A stretch of DNA of 64,000 nucleotides from Bacteroidaceae bacterium (GTDB lineage Bacteria; Bacteroidota; Bacteroidia; Bacteroidales; Bacteroidaceae). Below the pieces are notes generated by a model. It worked only from the letters and a program-made list of their open reading frames with translations, did no database searches and had not been told where the DNA came from. Shown in pieces: positions 27,621-36,618 of this stretch. The translations under genes were made by a program, and so were the position numbers. The stretch covers positions 44,469 through 108,468 of the forward strand of contig JAFXEF010000045.1 in the NCBI GenBank assembly GCA_017520935.1, read 5' to 3'. Position 1 is the first letter of the stretch, and each line of letters opens with the position of its first letter.

Positions 27621-28271
27621 TTAGTTGAAATTAAAAAAGAAATGACTGATAGAATCTGAAATGACAGAATGATGGGACTTATAGCATACCCAGGGCTCTA
27701 CCCCAGAATCAAATTGTAATGTTTCTCCAGTCTTACCATCTTTTATCAACATAGTATTGATACCATTGACAACTTCATTAATTTTTCCGTTCAAGACATA
27801 TCCCAATAAACATCCTTTAGGATAATATGCAGATAAAAAATGATCCATGCCTGTCTCTATATACCTTTTCTGAACCTTTGAAGCCTTTGTAGGTCTGCTG
27901 CGTCCAGTCTTTGTATAATCACACACTACCACATTCTTAGCCTCTACATAATAATAGCTTCGCTTTCTTGACCAATTATTCTGAAAAACCAAATCAATGC
28001 GAGGAGCAGATTTTGAAATTTTCTTATTATCCAATATGTCCTGCGAATAAAACGAGTGCTCACTTTCCACAAATATATCAGCATTTATAGCAACTTCAGA
28101 ATCTTTTATATATGTATAGATATTCGCACTAATATTTTCTTCACCCCAGTCACCATCGACATTCTTTTCAGCCTTCAATCTTTCGCAGGCCCACTTCAAT
28201 AATGAAATGCACTGCTGCTCAAAACTCTGTTTTATCTCAGTTACCAAGCCTACATTCAAACTGCCTATCAT
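27621..28271 (-). CDS. PD-(D/E)xK-type nuclease candidate (216 aa), partner of the methyltransferase
   Basis: APRIDLVFQNNWSRKRSYYYVEAKNV gives a D...(17 aa)...E-A-K arrangement. The start is 6 nt after the methyltransferase stop. Confidence 0.55.
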   Translation of the reverse strand: MIGSLNVGLVTEIKQSFEQQCISLLKWACERLKAEKNVDGDWGEENISANIYTYIKDSEVAINADIFVESEHSFYSQDILDNKKISKSAPRIDLVFQNNWSRKRSYYYVEAKNVVVCDYTKTGRSRPTKASKVQKRYIETGMDHFLSAYYPKGCLLGYVLNGKINEVVNGINTMLIKDGKTGETLQFDSGVEPWVCYKSHHSVISDSISHFFFNFN

Positions 28272-28277
28272 AACCTT

Positions 28278-31247
28278 CTACATACTTAAAATGTCGTTCA
28301 TAATAGCAGCAGCATCATCATACGCCTGCATCCTTGTCCAAAAACGCTTCTGATTCGGCTTAATGATATAAACCAGATTATCATCATAGTACCTAAGCGT
28401 TTTTTTCAGATATATTCCTTCTGATTGTTTAGAAGTCAAGAAACAGTCAATCTTCTTCAAAATCTTATCATAATCAGTCAAAAGACCAACTTTCACATCC
28501 CCCTCCTTCGCATTAATATGTATTACAACCAATTGCAACGGATTGTAGAGATTCCCCTCAAATATAGTCAACCCTATATTGAAACTGGTAGCCTCCACTA
28601 AGGCTGTGAATGCCTTTCCTAATGCCGATGCATAACGCAGCGATTCATCCAACAGGATTCTATTGTAACCCACTGATCTCATTTTATGTTGGAATATATC
28701 CAAATTAAAATCAAGTGTATCGTTAACATATACCTGATCTTTTTCTGTTAGGCCGAATGCTCTCTCCAATTCATTTTCAATAACATTTTCCAACTTCTCG
28801 ATGCGAATCTCATCACAAAGAGGTTCTACCTTCATCTGACAAATCTCATCAAACGCATTCACAATAACGTTTTTTGCATCTGACGACAATCTTTCAAAAG
28901 GTGAAGGCAGGTTCAAAACCTCATTTAGGAAGATCTGTTCCCGTTCCACTCCCCAAGACGATGTGGTAAGGAACAAGAAATATTTTGCTAAACGAGAATT
29001 CAGATAGGACGTCAATATCTTCTTATCATCTAAACTGCCACCATTCAGGACAAAGGCCGTAGTGGTAAAAAACACCTTCTCCATAAAGAGAGAACAGGCT
29101 ATCTCCCCATTATGCTGACCTTGTTTGAATGCCACAAAAGGTGCATCAAACAGTCCTTCTTTCACATTCCGATATTTTTTGGTCTGATTGATGCTGGCTG
29201 TAGTCAAATCACTCCAATACCTTGCAATACGATCTGTACTGATTATAGGATTGGGAACAAAGTCTCTCCTCTGAGAATCAGCATTCAACCCTCTGCCATA
29301 AATCCATCCATTACAATCAAAGTAATCCTTCAGAGAGACTTTCGTAAACCTATCTATCAATTGTGCACCGTAATAATTTCCCCAAGCGGCAACCTTCCAG
29401 ATTCTCGAATCCCTGCGTATGCATTCGCTAACTGGCAACATTTTCATATCACTCTCGTCTATCAACAGACCATCTATCAAACCAGACTTTACAAAAGTCT
29501 TAGGAGAACAGTATTTCACCAATGCATCTGTTTCAGGCACACCAGAAGAATAATACGCCACACACACTGGACAGGTGGCAGCAGAAAATAAACTTCCGCC
29601 AAAAGATTTTGGAGCCTTACGGAAAATGGATAAATTATCCACCCTTTTTACCCGATTTTTTGTAAACAGCCATTTCCTAAACTTGACATAACCGCCATTC
29701 GTGTTAAACAAGACCTTAGACGAAAACACTAATGCAATCATACCTTCCGGGCACAATTGTGTGGCTTTATGCATAAATGGCAACACATATTCAGTTGCAA
29801 AACCTTCGTGTTGACAATAATCCTTTATTTCTGGATCTAAATCCTTAGTACCATATGGAGGATTTCCCACAAGTAGTCTCAACGAAGGAAAACAATCAGG
29901 AGTCACATCCTTTATCGTGTCCCTTCTCAGCAAGTTACACCCCTGTCGATTCTTTAATCCCTCATCTTCAGGATCATAAATCAAATAAGGGAGCCTATGA
30001 TTTCCACTATTCCATAGCGTCTTTGGATCAAGCTGGTCTATCAACGTAAGATAAAGGCTGAATGCTGTAACCCGAATAGCGATAGGGTCGACATCAACAC
30101 CAAACACATTACCCTTTAACAAGGACACCAATGTTTCAAAGGAAGCAGTCTGCCCAGGATGTGCATACTTCCACCTCATGATAAGACGCCTATATCCTTC
30201 TACGAGAAAGATTCCAGATCCGCACGCAGGATCCAATAAAGGATAGTTAAATTCTTCGGACGAGCAAGGGAGTACTTCTGTCAACATCATATCAGCCAAT
30301 ACGAAAGGCGTATAGAACTGCCCCTTCTTATGCCGCAATTCTCCTAGGAAATTTTCATATATTTCACTGATTAGTCCTATATGGATAATCTCAAAATTGA
30401 ACAGACGTTCATGAAAAAGCAACTCTCCACTAAAGTCTCCGTCAAAGAAGCATGTGCGTATTATCTCAAGATGTCTTTCATTAACTATAGCTACCTCATC
30501 GGGATTCATAGCAGTTATATTCCCGTTGAACTGTTCCTGAAGTCTTATGAAAAGCCTATAAGTAGCTTCCTTATCCTTCAAGATATCAAAATATGACGAA
30601 GAATCGCTCTTTATAGATTCATATAGCCCGGCTTCGCTTGCAGCACCCTTATCTTCTAAAAAAAGGATAAAAAGTGACCTCATCAATAGAGAGTGGATTA
30701 TTTCCTTATCCAAGCCTTCTTTTGCAAGCATTCTCGCAGCCTCCCCCATGCACTTGATGAGGTATGTGTCAACACGCTGATCTTGCCGTATCTTTCGCTT
30801 TATTTCCTCGTTTTCTGTATGCCACAATGTACCGCAATCAATGTTCTTCTTACTGAACAACAGAGAAAGTATCTCTAAATCATCCCCTACTTTACTATCA
30901 GCAATCTGTAGTATATCCAACTGTTCCTCAAGTTTGTTCTCCACACTTACATTTGCTGGCATTCCATAACAATTATATATGCGGATCTCCACATCAGAAG
31001 TCACGAACAGAAGCATAACCCGCTGGTAATTCCATGCATTATGTTGCACTTGGGCAATCTTCTTCAGAGCTTTCTCATCAAAGGAAAATACGTCAAGAAA
31101 AAGAACAGCAGGTTTCCCCGCCGAAAAATATACACTTTCGGCTCCAATTTTACATATATCTGCATAATCTGGATATACAGAAGGTACATCGCTGATATTT
31201 ACCAACGAGCCCTCAAAACCAAGCCTATATATAAACTCCTTTTTCAT
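28278..31247 (-). CDS. N6-adenine DNA methyltransferase, large type IIG/Eco57I-like architecture (989 aa)
   Basis: Motif X-like GQFYTPFVLADMM, motif I LLDPACGSGIFLVEG and motif IV LLVGNPPYGTKD occur in gamma-class order. About 300 aa precede and about 500 aa follow the methyltransferase core. Confidence 0.8.
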   Translation of the reverse strand: MKKEFIYRLGFEGSLVNISDVPSVYPDYADICKIGAESVYFSAGKPAVLFLDVFSFDEKALKKIAQVQHNAWNYQRVMLLFVTSDVEIRIYNCYGMPANVSVENKLEEQLDILQIADSKVGDDLEILSLLFSKKNIDCGTLWHTENEEIKRKIRQDQRVDTYLIKCMGEAARMLAKEGLDKEIIHSLLMRSLFILFLEDKGAASEAGLYESIKSDSSSYFDILKDKEATYRLFIRLQEQFNGNITAMNPDEVAIVNERHLEIIRTCFFDGDFSGELLFHERLFNFEIIHIGLISEIYENFLGELRHKKGQFYTPFVLADMMLTEVLPCSSEEFNYPLLDPACGSGIFLVEGYRRLIMRWKYAHPGQTASFETLVSLLKGNVFGVDVDPIAIRVTAFSLYLTLIDQLDPKTLWNSGNHRLPYLIYDPEDEGLKNRQGCNLLRRDTIKDVTPDCFPSLRLLVGNPPYGTKDLDPEIKDYCQHEGFATEYVLPFMHKATQLCPEGMIALVFSSKVLFNTNGGYVKFRKWLFTKNRVKRVDNLSIFRKAPKSFGGSLFSAATCPVCVAYYSSGVPETDALVKYCSPKTFVKSGLIDGLLIDESDMKMLPVSECIRRDSRIWKVAAWGNYYGAQLIDRFTKVSLKDYFDCNGWIYGRGLNADSQRRDFVPNPIISTDRIARYWSDLTTASINQTKKYRNVKEGLFDAPFVAFKQGQHNGEIACSLFMEKVFFTTTAFVLNGGSLDDKKILTSYLNSRLAKYFLFLTTSSWGVEREQIFLNEVLNLPSPFERLSSDAKNVIVNAFDEICQMKVEPLCDEIRIEKLENVIENELERAFGLTEKDQVYVNDTLDFNLDIFQHKMRSVGYNRILLDESLRYASALGKAFTALVEATSFNIGLTIFEGNLYNPLQLVVIHINAKEGDVKVGLLTDYDKILKKIDCFLTSKQSEGIYLKKTLRYYDDNLVYIIKPNQKRFWTRMQAYDDAAAIMNDILSM

Positions 31248-31274
31248 TGATAGACAATTACTCTAATCTCGTTG

Positions 31275-31282
31275 CAAAGATA
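31275..31282 (-). promoter_or_regulatory. Candidate -7 box TAtcTTTG for the methyltransferase operon
   Basis: The plus strand reads CAAAGATA, 28 nt upstream of ATG 31247. A second copy lies at 31355-31362. Confidence 0.4.
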
Positions 31283-31544
31283 CAAATAAGCGAGCGAGAA
31301 ATATCAAGTTTACTTGAATATTTTCACAGCGAACGAAAGAATCTTCAATTTTATCAAAGATACTGAATTTATGTCAAGGCAAATACTTTTACAACGAATA
31401 TTTCTCATTTGAATCAATATTATTCTAATAATAGATATTAGTATATCTACATTTTCAATTTCTTTGTAGCAATTTGACCAAGATAACGTTACCCAACCAG
31501 ATACCCCTATAGAGTACCCTCGGCAGAACGATTCTTTTATATTA

Positions 31545-31580
31545 TTATAGAGTTATATTATTTGCTGATTGATCAGACAT
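31545..31580 (-). other. 11-codon mini-ORF MSDQSANNITL, twin of 26971..27006; contains the 19-nt exact repeat (31556-31574)
   Basis: The ATG is at 31580-31578 and the TAA at 31547-31545. TATTATTTGCTGATTGATC is identical to 26985-27003. Confidence 0.4.
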
Positions 31581-31584
31581 TTCT

Positions 31585-31702
31585 TGTTTAGTGTTTAGAG
31601 TTTAGTGTTTAGAGTAGACACGAATTTCGAAGTGCGAGGTGCGAAGGGCGAAGGGCGAAGGGCGAGAAAACAGCTTTGCTGTACGATAACGATAACGATG
31701 AC
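31585..31702. repeat. Composite stutter tract (GTTTAGAG, then GCGAAGG, then CGATAAC flavours)
   Basis: Sequence: tgtttagtgtttagagtttagtgtttagag...gtgcgaggtgcgaagggcgaagggcgaagggcgag...cgataacgataacgatgac. Confidence 0.8.
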
Positions 31703-31710
31703 AAAAAATC

Positions 31711-32580
31711 CTACTCACCAAACTCACCTATTTCATTAAGTGGCAATGAGTCAGAAGGGTTCAAATGATCTATCGCACGCTCTGGAGAAACGACACTCCG
31801 ACCAAGACGCCTCTCAAAATCATCCCGAGCTGTCTTTGCGACCTCTGCACCCTCTTTCGCTACTGTAGCATTCGCGACAAAACCTTCCGGATTGCGTTCT
31901 TTACTCAATTGAGAGGCTGACTCCTCGGCCAAAGCATTGAGCAACAACTCCATATTGGTCATATTATCACGTAAATTTTCCTTAGTAAGTCCCTTATACT
32001 GCTTATATTCACGAGTTGTAAACCCACTCCAAGTCTTTGACATCAAATCCGTCAATGTTGCGAAATCAATAGCTTCTGTTATTCCTCCTCGTTTCCACTC
32101 GTCGGTCAGTCCCTTACGAATCTCTATCGTCTTGAGGCGTTGGTTTATCCAAGATTCAGAATACCCAAGACGCCTATAATCATTCATAGCCTGATCTATA
32201 GACAATTCAGGGTCAATCATTTGATTGACTCTATTAGCAGCTACCTGCGACATCCATAACTTAAACGGCTCGGCCTTGGGTGAAGGTATACTCTGAATGA
32301 TGCGAAAAATACCCTCCATATTAGCAGCCTGGGTATTATAATATTTACCATCAGAAGCCATCATTCGAGTAGGGGTACAAATTGTACCCCACCTGGAACC
32401 TAGTTCTGGATCACGCGCACGCATCTTCTTAATATATTGCTTCACATCAGCCGAATCTGTCAAAACAGCAATGACATCTGCGACCGAAAAGTAGAACTCC
32501 TGAGCAGCATCATCCCATACGGTCCTGACTTTACGACCCTCGAAAGATTGCAAATGCTGTCTATTACCATGCTGAGTCAT
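31711..32580 (-). CDS. Bro-N domain protein (phage antirepressor-like)
   Basis: FEGRKVRTVWDDAAQEFYFSVADVIAVLTDS fits the Bro-N pattern. The protein is 289 aa. Confidence 0.65.
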   Translation of the reverse strand: MTQHGNRQHLQSFEGRKVRTVWDDAAQEFYFSVADVIAVLTDSADVKQYIKKMRARDPELGSRWGTICTPTRMMASDGKYYNTQAANMEGIFRIIQSIPSPKAEPFKLWMSQVAANRVNQMIDPELSIDQAMNDYRRLGYSESWINQRLKTIEIRKGLTDEWKRGGITEAIDFATLTDLMSKTWSGFTTREYKQYKGLTKENLRDNMTNMELLLNALAEESASQLSKERNPEGFVANATVAKEGAEVAKTARDDFERRLGRSVVSPERAIDHLNPSDSLPLNEIGEFGE

Positions 32581-32777
32581 ATAATCTATAACATTATTTC
32601 ATTTGCTACAAAGAAACAAATATTTCAGCATATAGCCAAGGCTAATCCTATTTTTTAACTTCATAAAGAATACAAGACAACCAGAGGCTGTGGTGCTTAA
32701 TTATGAATTATGAGGACAGCCAAAGGCTGTACGATAACGTTAACCTTTCAGTACTAAACTCTAAACTAATATAGTTG

Positions 32778-32940
32778 TTAATCTTGGCCATAGGGGATGG
32801 ATGGCTCATTGAGCAGGGGAGTATCTGGAGAAGAGAAGCCATAGCTACTCAACTGTTGTACTTCACGTAAGAAGCTATCCTGATGCTCTTCGGTGTATGC
32901 TTTGTATGAGACTATTGGTATCTAATACAATTCTGCTCAT
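32778..32940 (-). pseudogene. PIN toxin remnant (N-terminal and C-terminal pieces fused by deletion)
   Basis: MSRIVLDTNSLIQSIP is followed by a stop after 29 codons. Another frame ends ...SSYGFSSPDTPLLNEPSIPYGQD, which resembles the tail ...QGYDVSNHTPSLLNEPAVSYGED of the intact PIN at 3542..4021. It has an ATGA overlap with the upstream small ORF. Confidence 0.6.
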
Positions 32941-33152
32941 AACTCGATGCGAAGGTGCTTACCTCTAAGTTCGTCTAATCTCTGCTGATCAAGGATGCCT
33001 TCGTCCCACAACTGATTCATACGCTGATCTACCTTCTCAGCATAGTATTTGGTGAGCAATGCCTTTATTTCTGCTAAGCGCTCCAAATTGTCATCATACG
33101 CGAACATCTTGAGCAGATGTTGCTGGATGGGGTTGAATACGGTTGATGCCAT
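32937..33152 (-). CDS. Small protein in antitoxin position (71 aa from MASTVF)
   Basis: It is upstream of and overlaps the PIN remnant. I prefer ATG 33152 to the TTG start used in the track. No motif recognised. Confidence 0.45.
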   Translation of the reverse strand: MASTVFNPIQQHLLKMFAYDDNLERLAEIKALLTKYYAEKVDQRMNQLWDEGILDQQRLDELRGKHLRIEL

Positions 33153-33307
33153 AAGCTTGTCCTCATTGTTTGGTTGTAAAGATACGAACAAACGAGCGAA
33201 ATATCAAACTTGTTTGAGTATTTCTCAGCGAGTGAAGTCTATCTTAATGGTTGCCGTAAAGATACGGATACTTTACATATCTGCAAATGATTTTGTTCGT
33301 TTTGTTA

Positions 33308-33352
33308 TTCGAGGTGCGAAGGTCGAATTGCGGGGTTCGAAGTGTACTAAAC
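33308..33352. repeat. Stutter tract (GGTGCGAAGGTCGAA flavour)
   Basis: Sequence: ttcgaggtgcgaaggtcgaattgcggggttcgaagtgtactaaac, directly 3' of gmd. Confidence 0.7.
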
Positions 33353-33354
33353 TA

Positions 33355-34509
33355 TTATTTCACAATTCCCTTTTCGAGATACTCAGCAAGGTTAGTTCGT
33401 ACCTTAGAAGCAACGTTATCGGCTGCCACCTTGGCCATGTCGTGCTCGACCATAATCTGCACGAGCTGTTCGAAAGAGGTGGTCTGCGGGTTCCAGCCGA
33501 GCTTGGCCTTAGCCTTGGTGGGGTCGCCCCAGAGATTGACCACATCAGTCGGGCGGTAGAAATCGGGGCTTACTCTAACGAGAATCTGGCCTTCTAAATT
33601 GTTCTGGGTTGTTTGGTTAGGGGGTAGAGTGGCTTGCTTAGTGGCTCGATTGTCCTTGGCACAGATGCCCACTTCGTTGATACCCTCTCCTTCCCAACGG
33701 AGCTCGATGCCGGCATGGTGGAAGGCGAGCTGGGTGAACTCACGCACGGAGTGCTGCACACCGGTGGCGATGACGAAGTCTTCGGGCTTGTCCTGCTGGA
33801 GGATGAGCCACATGCACTCTACATAGTCCTTGGCATAGCCCCAGTCGCGAAGGGAGTCCATATTGCCGAGGTAGAGGCAGTCCTGCTTGTCCTGGGCAAT
33901 ACGGGCTGCAGCCAGGGTGATCTTGCGGGTGACGAAGGTCTCGCCACGACGTTCGCTCTCGTGGTTGAAGAGGATGCCGGAGCAGCAGTACATATTATAG
34001 GCCTCGCGGTACTCCTTGATAATCCAGAAACCGTAGAGCTTGGCTACAGCATAGGGTGAATAGGGATGGAAGGGGGTGTTCTCGTTCTGTGGTACCTCCT
34101 CGACCTTACCGTAAAGCTCGGAGGTGGAGGCCTGATAGATGCGGCAGGTATCCTCCAAATGGTTGGTGCGGACGGCTTCGAGGATTCGGAGCACGCCTAC
34201 GGCATCGACATCGGCCGTGAACTCGGGAGCATCGAACGATACCTGAACATGGCTCTGTGCGGCCAGGTTGTATATCTCGGTGGGCTGCACCTTGCCAACG
34301 AGCTTGACAAGCGACATGGAATCGGACATGTCGGCATAGTGGAGGTGGAAATGAGGAGTGCCTTCAAGGTGGGCAATGCGCTCACGGTAGTCGACTGAAC
34401 TACGGCGGATGATGCCGTGTACTTCGTATCCTTTCGCGAGAAGGAACTCGCTGAGGTAGGAACCGTCTTGGCCGGTAACACCGGTGATGAGGGCAATATT
34501 TTTTTTCAT
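33355..34509 (-). CDS. gmd: GDP-mannose 4,6-dehydratase
   Basis: [33 protein letters not shown] is the canonical Gmd N-terminus. The protein is 384 aa and carries an extra low-complexity segment [21 protein letters not shown]. Confidence 0.9.
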   Translation of the reverse strand: MKKNIALITGVTGQDGSYLSEFLLAKGYEVHGIIRRSSVDYRERIAHLEGTPHFHLHYADMSDSMSLVKLVGKVQPTEIYNLAAQSHVQVSFDAPEFTADVDAVGVLRILEAVRTNHLEDTCRIYQASTSELYGKVEEVPQNENTPFHPYSPYAVAKLYGFWIIKEYREAYNMYCCSGILFNHESERRGETFVTRKITLAAARIAQDKQDCLYLGNMDSLRDWGYAKDYVECMWLILQQDKPEDFVIATGVQHSVREFTQLAFHHAGIELRWEGEGINEVGICAKDNRATKQATLPPNQTTQNNLEGQILVRVSPDFYRPTDVVNLWGDPTKAKAKLGWNPQTTSFEQLVQIMVEHDMAKVAADNVASKVRTNLAEYLEKGIVK

Positions 34510-34522
34510 TCTTGTTTAGAGT

Positions 34523-34897
34523 TTATTGTTTAGAGGTTAGGGTGTATTTTCTTAGGCCTGATATTAATCGGGCTACAGTATTTATTGATTGTTCTAATTC
34601 TTCGTACTTGCTATTATTTATATAACCTAAATCGGTAGCTATATCAATTTGGCAATATACTTCCATTAAAGAAGCATAGGCTATTTCAAGAAAATGTGAC
34701 TTCTCCTTATCCGAGATACGGTTCATCCCTTCCACAATATTAGACGGAACCGATATAACTGCTCTACGTAATTAATCGGCAAGTGCATAACGTTCTTCCT
34801 GTGGTAGTATATTTACTACACCATATATATACTTTACTAATTCTTTAGCTTTTTGGTAAGCATTTAGTTCCTTAAAAGAATGAACTTTATTCTCCAT
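34523..34897 (-). pseudogene. Four-helix-bundle (23S rRNA IVS protein family) gene inactivated by one in-frame stop
   Basis: From ATG 34897 it reads MENKVHSFKELNAYQKAKELVKYIYGVVNILPQEERYALAD, then TAA (34774-34772) where the paralog has Q (ADQLRR). It continues in the same frame as LRRAVISVPSNIVEGMNR... to stop 34523. Confidence 0.8.
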
Positions 34898-34929
34898 ACA
34901 CTAAACACTAAACACTAAACCAAGGATCC

Positions 34930-35871
34930 TTATCGTTCTGCACGCATGGGATTGTTGAGGAAGTCCTCATAGGCAAGGCGGATGCCCTCTTCGAGGCTTA
35001 CCTTTGCTTCCCAGCCCAAGGCTTTGGCCTTGCTGACATCAAGGAGCTTGCGGGGGGTGCCGTTGGGACGGGTAGTGTCCCAAAGGATGGTGCCTTCGTA
35101 GCCTATGACTTTAGCTACCAGTTCGGTGAGAGCCTTGATGGTGATCTCCTTGCCTGTGCCGGCATTGACAGTTTCGTTGCCGCTGTAATGGTTCATCAGG
35201 AACACGCAGAGGTTGGCAAGGTCGTCCACATAGAGAAATTCACGGAGCGGACTGCCATCGCCCCAGCAGGTGACCTCGGTGAGGCCTGCCTCCTTGGCTT
35301 CGTGGAAACGACGGATGAGAGCCGGAAGCACATGGGAGTGCTCGGGATGGTAGTTGTCGTTAGGGCCATAGAGGTTGGTGGGCATGAGACTGATGAAGTC
35401 GGTGCCGTACTGGCGGTTGAGGTACTCGCAGTACTTAAGGCCACTGATCTTGGCGAGTGCGTATGCCTCGTTGGTGGGTTCCAGAGCCGAGGTGAGCAAG
35501 CAGCTCTCGGGCATAGGTTGTGGTGCCATGCGGGGGTAGATGCACGAGGAGCCGAGAAACTCGAGTTTCTTGCATCCGTTCTGCCAGGCGGCATGGATGA
35601 CATTCATCTCGAGGATCATGTTGTCATACATGAAGTCGGCCAGAGCACTCTGGTTGGCTATGATGCCACCTACCTTGGCTGCAGCCAGGAAGACGTACTC
35701 GGGCTTCTCTTGCTGGAAGAAGGCCTCAACCTCGGTCTGACGGGTGAGGTCGAGTTCCTTATGTGTACGGGTGATGATGTTGGTGTAGCCTTGACGCTGG
35801 AGCTCGCGAACGATGGCACTGCCTACCATTCCCCTGTGTCCGGCTACATATATCTTGCTGTTTTTTTCCAT
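34930..35871 (-). CDS. fcl: GDP-L-fucose synthase
   Basis: It has [20 protein letters not shown] and the SDR Y-x3-K region (YALAK). Confidence 0.9.
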   Translation of the reverse strand: MEKNSKIYVAGHRGMVGSAIVRELQRQGYTNIITRTHKELDLTRQTEVEAFFQQEKPEYVFLAAAKVGGIIANQSALADFMYDNMILEMNVIHAAWQNGCKKLEFLGSSCIYPRMAPQPMPESCLLTSALEPTNEAYALAKISGLKYCEYLNRQYGTDFISLMPTNLYGPNDNYHPEHSHVLPALIRRFHEAKEAGLTEVTCWGDGSPLREFLYVDDLANLCVFLMNHYSGNETVNAGTGKEITIKALTELVAKVIGYEGTILWDTTRPNGTPRKLLDVSKAKALGWEAKVSLEEGIRLAYEDFLNNPMRAER

Positions 35872-35878
35872 TGTTTCT

Positions 35879-35960
35879 TGGTTGGAGTTTAGAGGTTAGG
35901 GTTTAGGGTTTAGAGGTTAGAGTTTATTGTTTAGAGTTTAGAGGTTAGAGGTTAGGGGTT
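35879..35960. repeat. Stutter tract forming a G-free (coding-strand) leader 5' of fcl
   Basis: The plus strand at 35881-35960 contains no C at all (gttggagtttagaggttagggtttagggtttagaggttagagtttattgtttagagtttagaggttagaggttaggggtt). The distal end overlaps the rmlC stop. Confidence 0.85.
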
Positions 35961-36599
35961 CAGTTCTATTGCAAAAGGACTATCGAAGTCCTTGAACAAA
36001 GGGTGCTTCAGGTCTTTTTCTGATAGCAAGGCTTTGTCGGTAGGTATCTGCCAGTCGATACCGAAGCTCTGGTCGAGAATGCTGATGCCGCCCTCGGCCT
36101 GTGGGGCATAGAAATTGTCGCACTTGTACTGGAAGACGGCTGTGTTGCTGAGGACGGCAAAGCCATGGGCAAAGCCTCGGGGAATGAAGAACTGGAGGCC
36201 GAGCCCCTCGCCTGTTTCCCCTAAAGGAAGATAATTGAAGAGATGATGATACTTCTCTGCCATGGCTTTGCCCTCATCATCGTAACCGGTGAGAAGGCAA
36301 CTGACATGCCGGCCGTAGGTGGGACTACCCTTGCGAATGTCGACCGCCACATCGAGGACGGCTCCACGGACGCACCTGACGAGCTTGCTCTGGGCGAATG
36401 GAGGAGCCTGGAAGTGGAGACCTCGCATCACACCATACGAGGACATAGATTCGTTGTCCTGCACAAAATGGACAGGACGCACCTTCTCTCCGAACTCGCG
36501 CTGTGAGAAGCTCTCGTAGAAGTAGCCCCTGGCATCCCTAAACACTCTGGGCTTAATGATGGCCAGACCCTCTATGGCAGTCGTTATTACTTCCATCAA
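35952..36599 (-). CDS. rmlC: dTDP-4-dehydrorhamnose 3,5-epimerase
   Basis: It has FRDARGYFYESF, MRGLHFQ and IPRGFAHGF. At 215 aa it carries about 24 extra residues (YDDEGKAMAEKYHHLFNYLPLGETGEGLG) relative to the family as I remember it. Confidence 0.85.
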   Translation of the reverse strand: MMEVITTAIEGLAIIKPRVFRDARGYFYESFSQREFGEKVRPVHFVQDNESMSSYGVMRGLHFQAPPFAQSKLVRCVRGAVLDVAVDIRKGSPTYGRHVSCLLTGYDDEGKAMAEKYHHLFNYLPLGETGEGLGLQFFIPRGFAHGFAVLSNTAVFQYKCDNFYAPQAEGGISILDQSFGIDWQIPTDKALLSEKDLKHPLFKDFDSPFAIELNP

Positions 36600-36618
36600 T
36601 CAAATGGGAAACAGATTC

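Noticed and set aside
35188-35892. Long ORFs lie antisense to fcl. Similar ones are 40523..41380 opposite the capD-like gene, 38996..39463 and 38597..38902 opposite the cytidylyltransferase-like gene, 33634..34059 opposite gmd, 12537..13229 opposite the dehydrogenase, 10297..10749 opposite wbuC and 1393..1941 opposite the hypothetical gene.
   Set aside because: Each lies entirely within a gene whose product has strong family motifs on the other strand. Their translations are low-complexity, with no motifs. They are typical shadow ORFs of GC-rich coding DNA.
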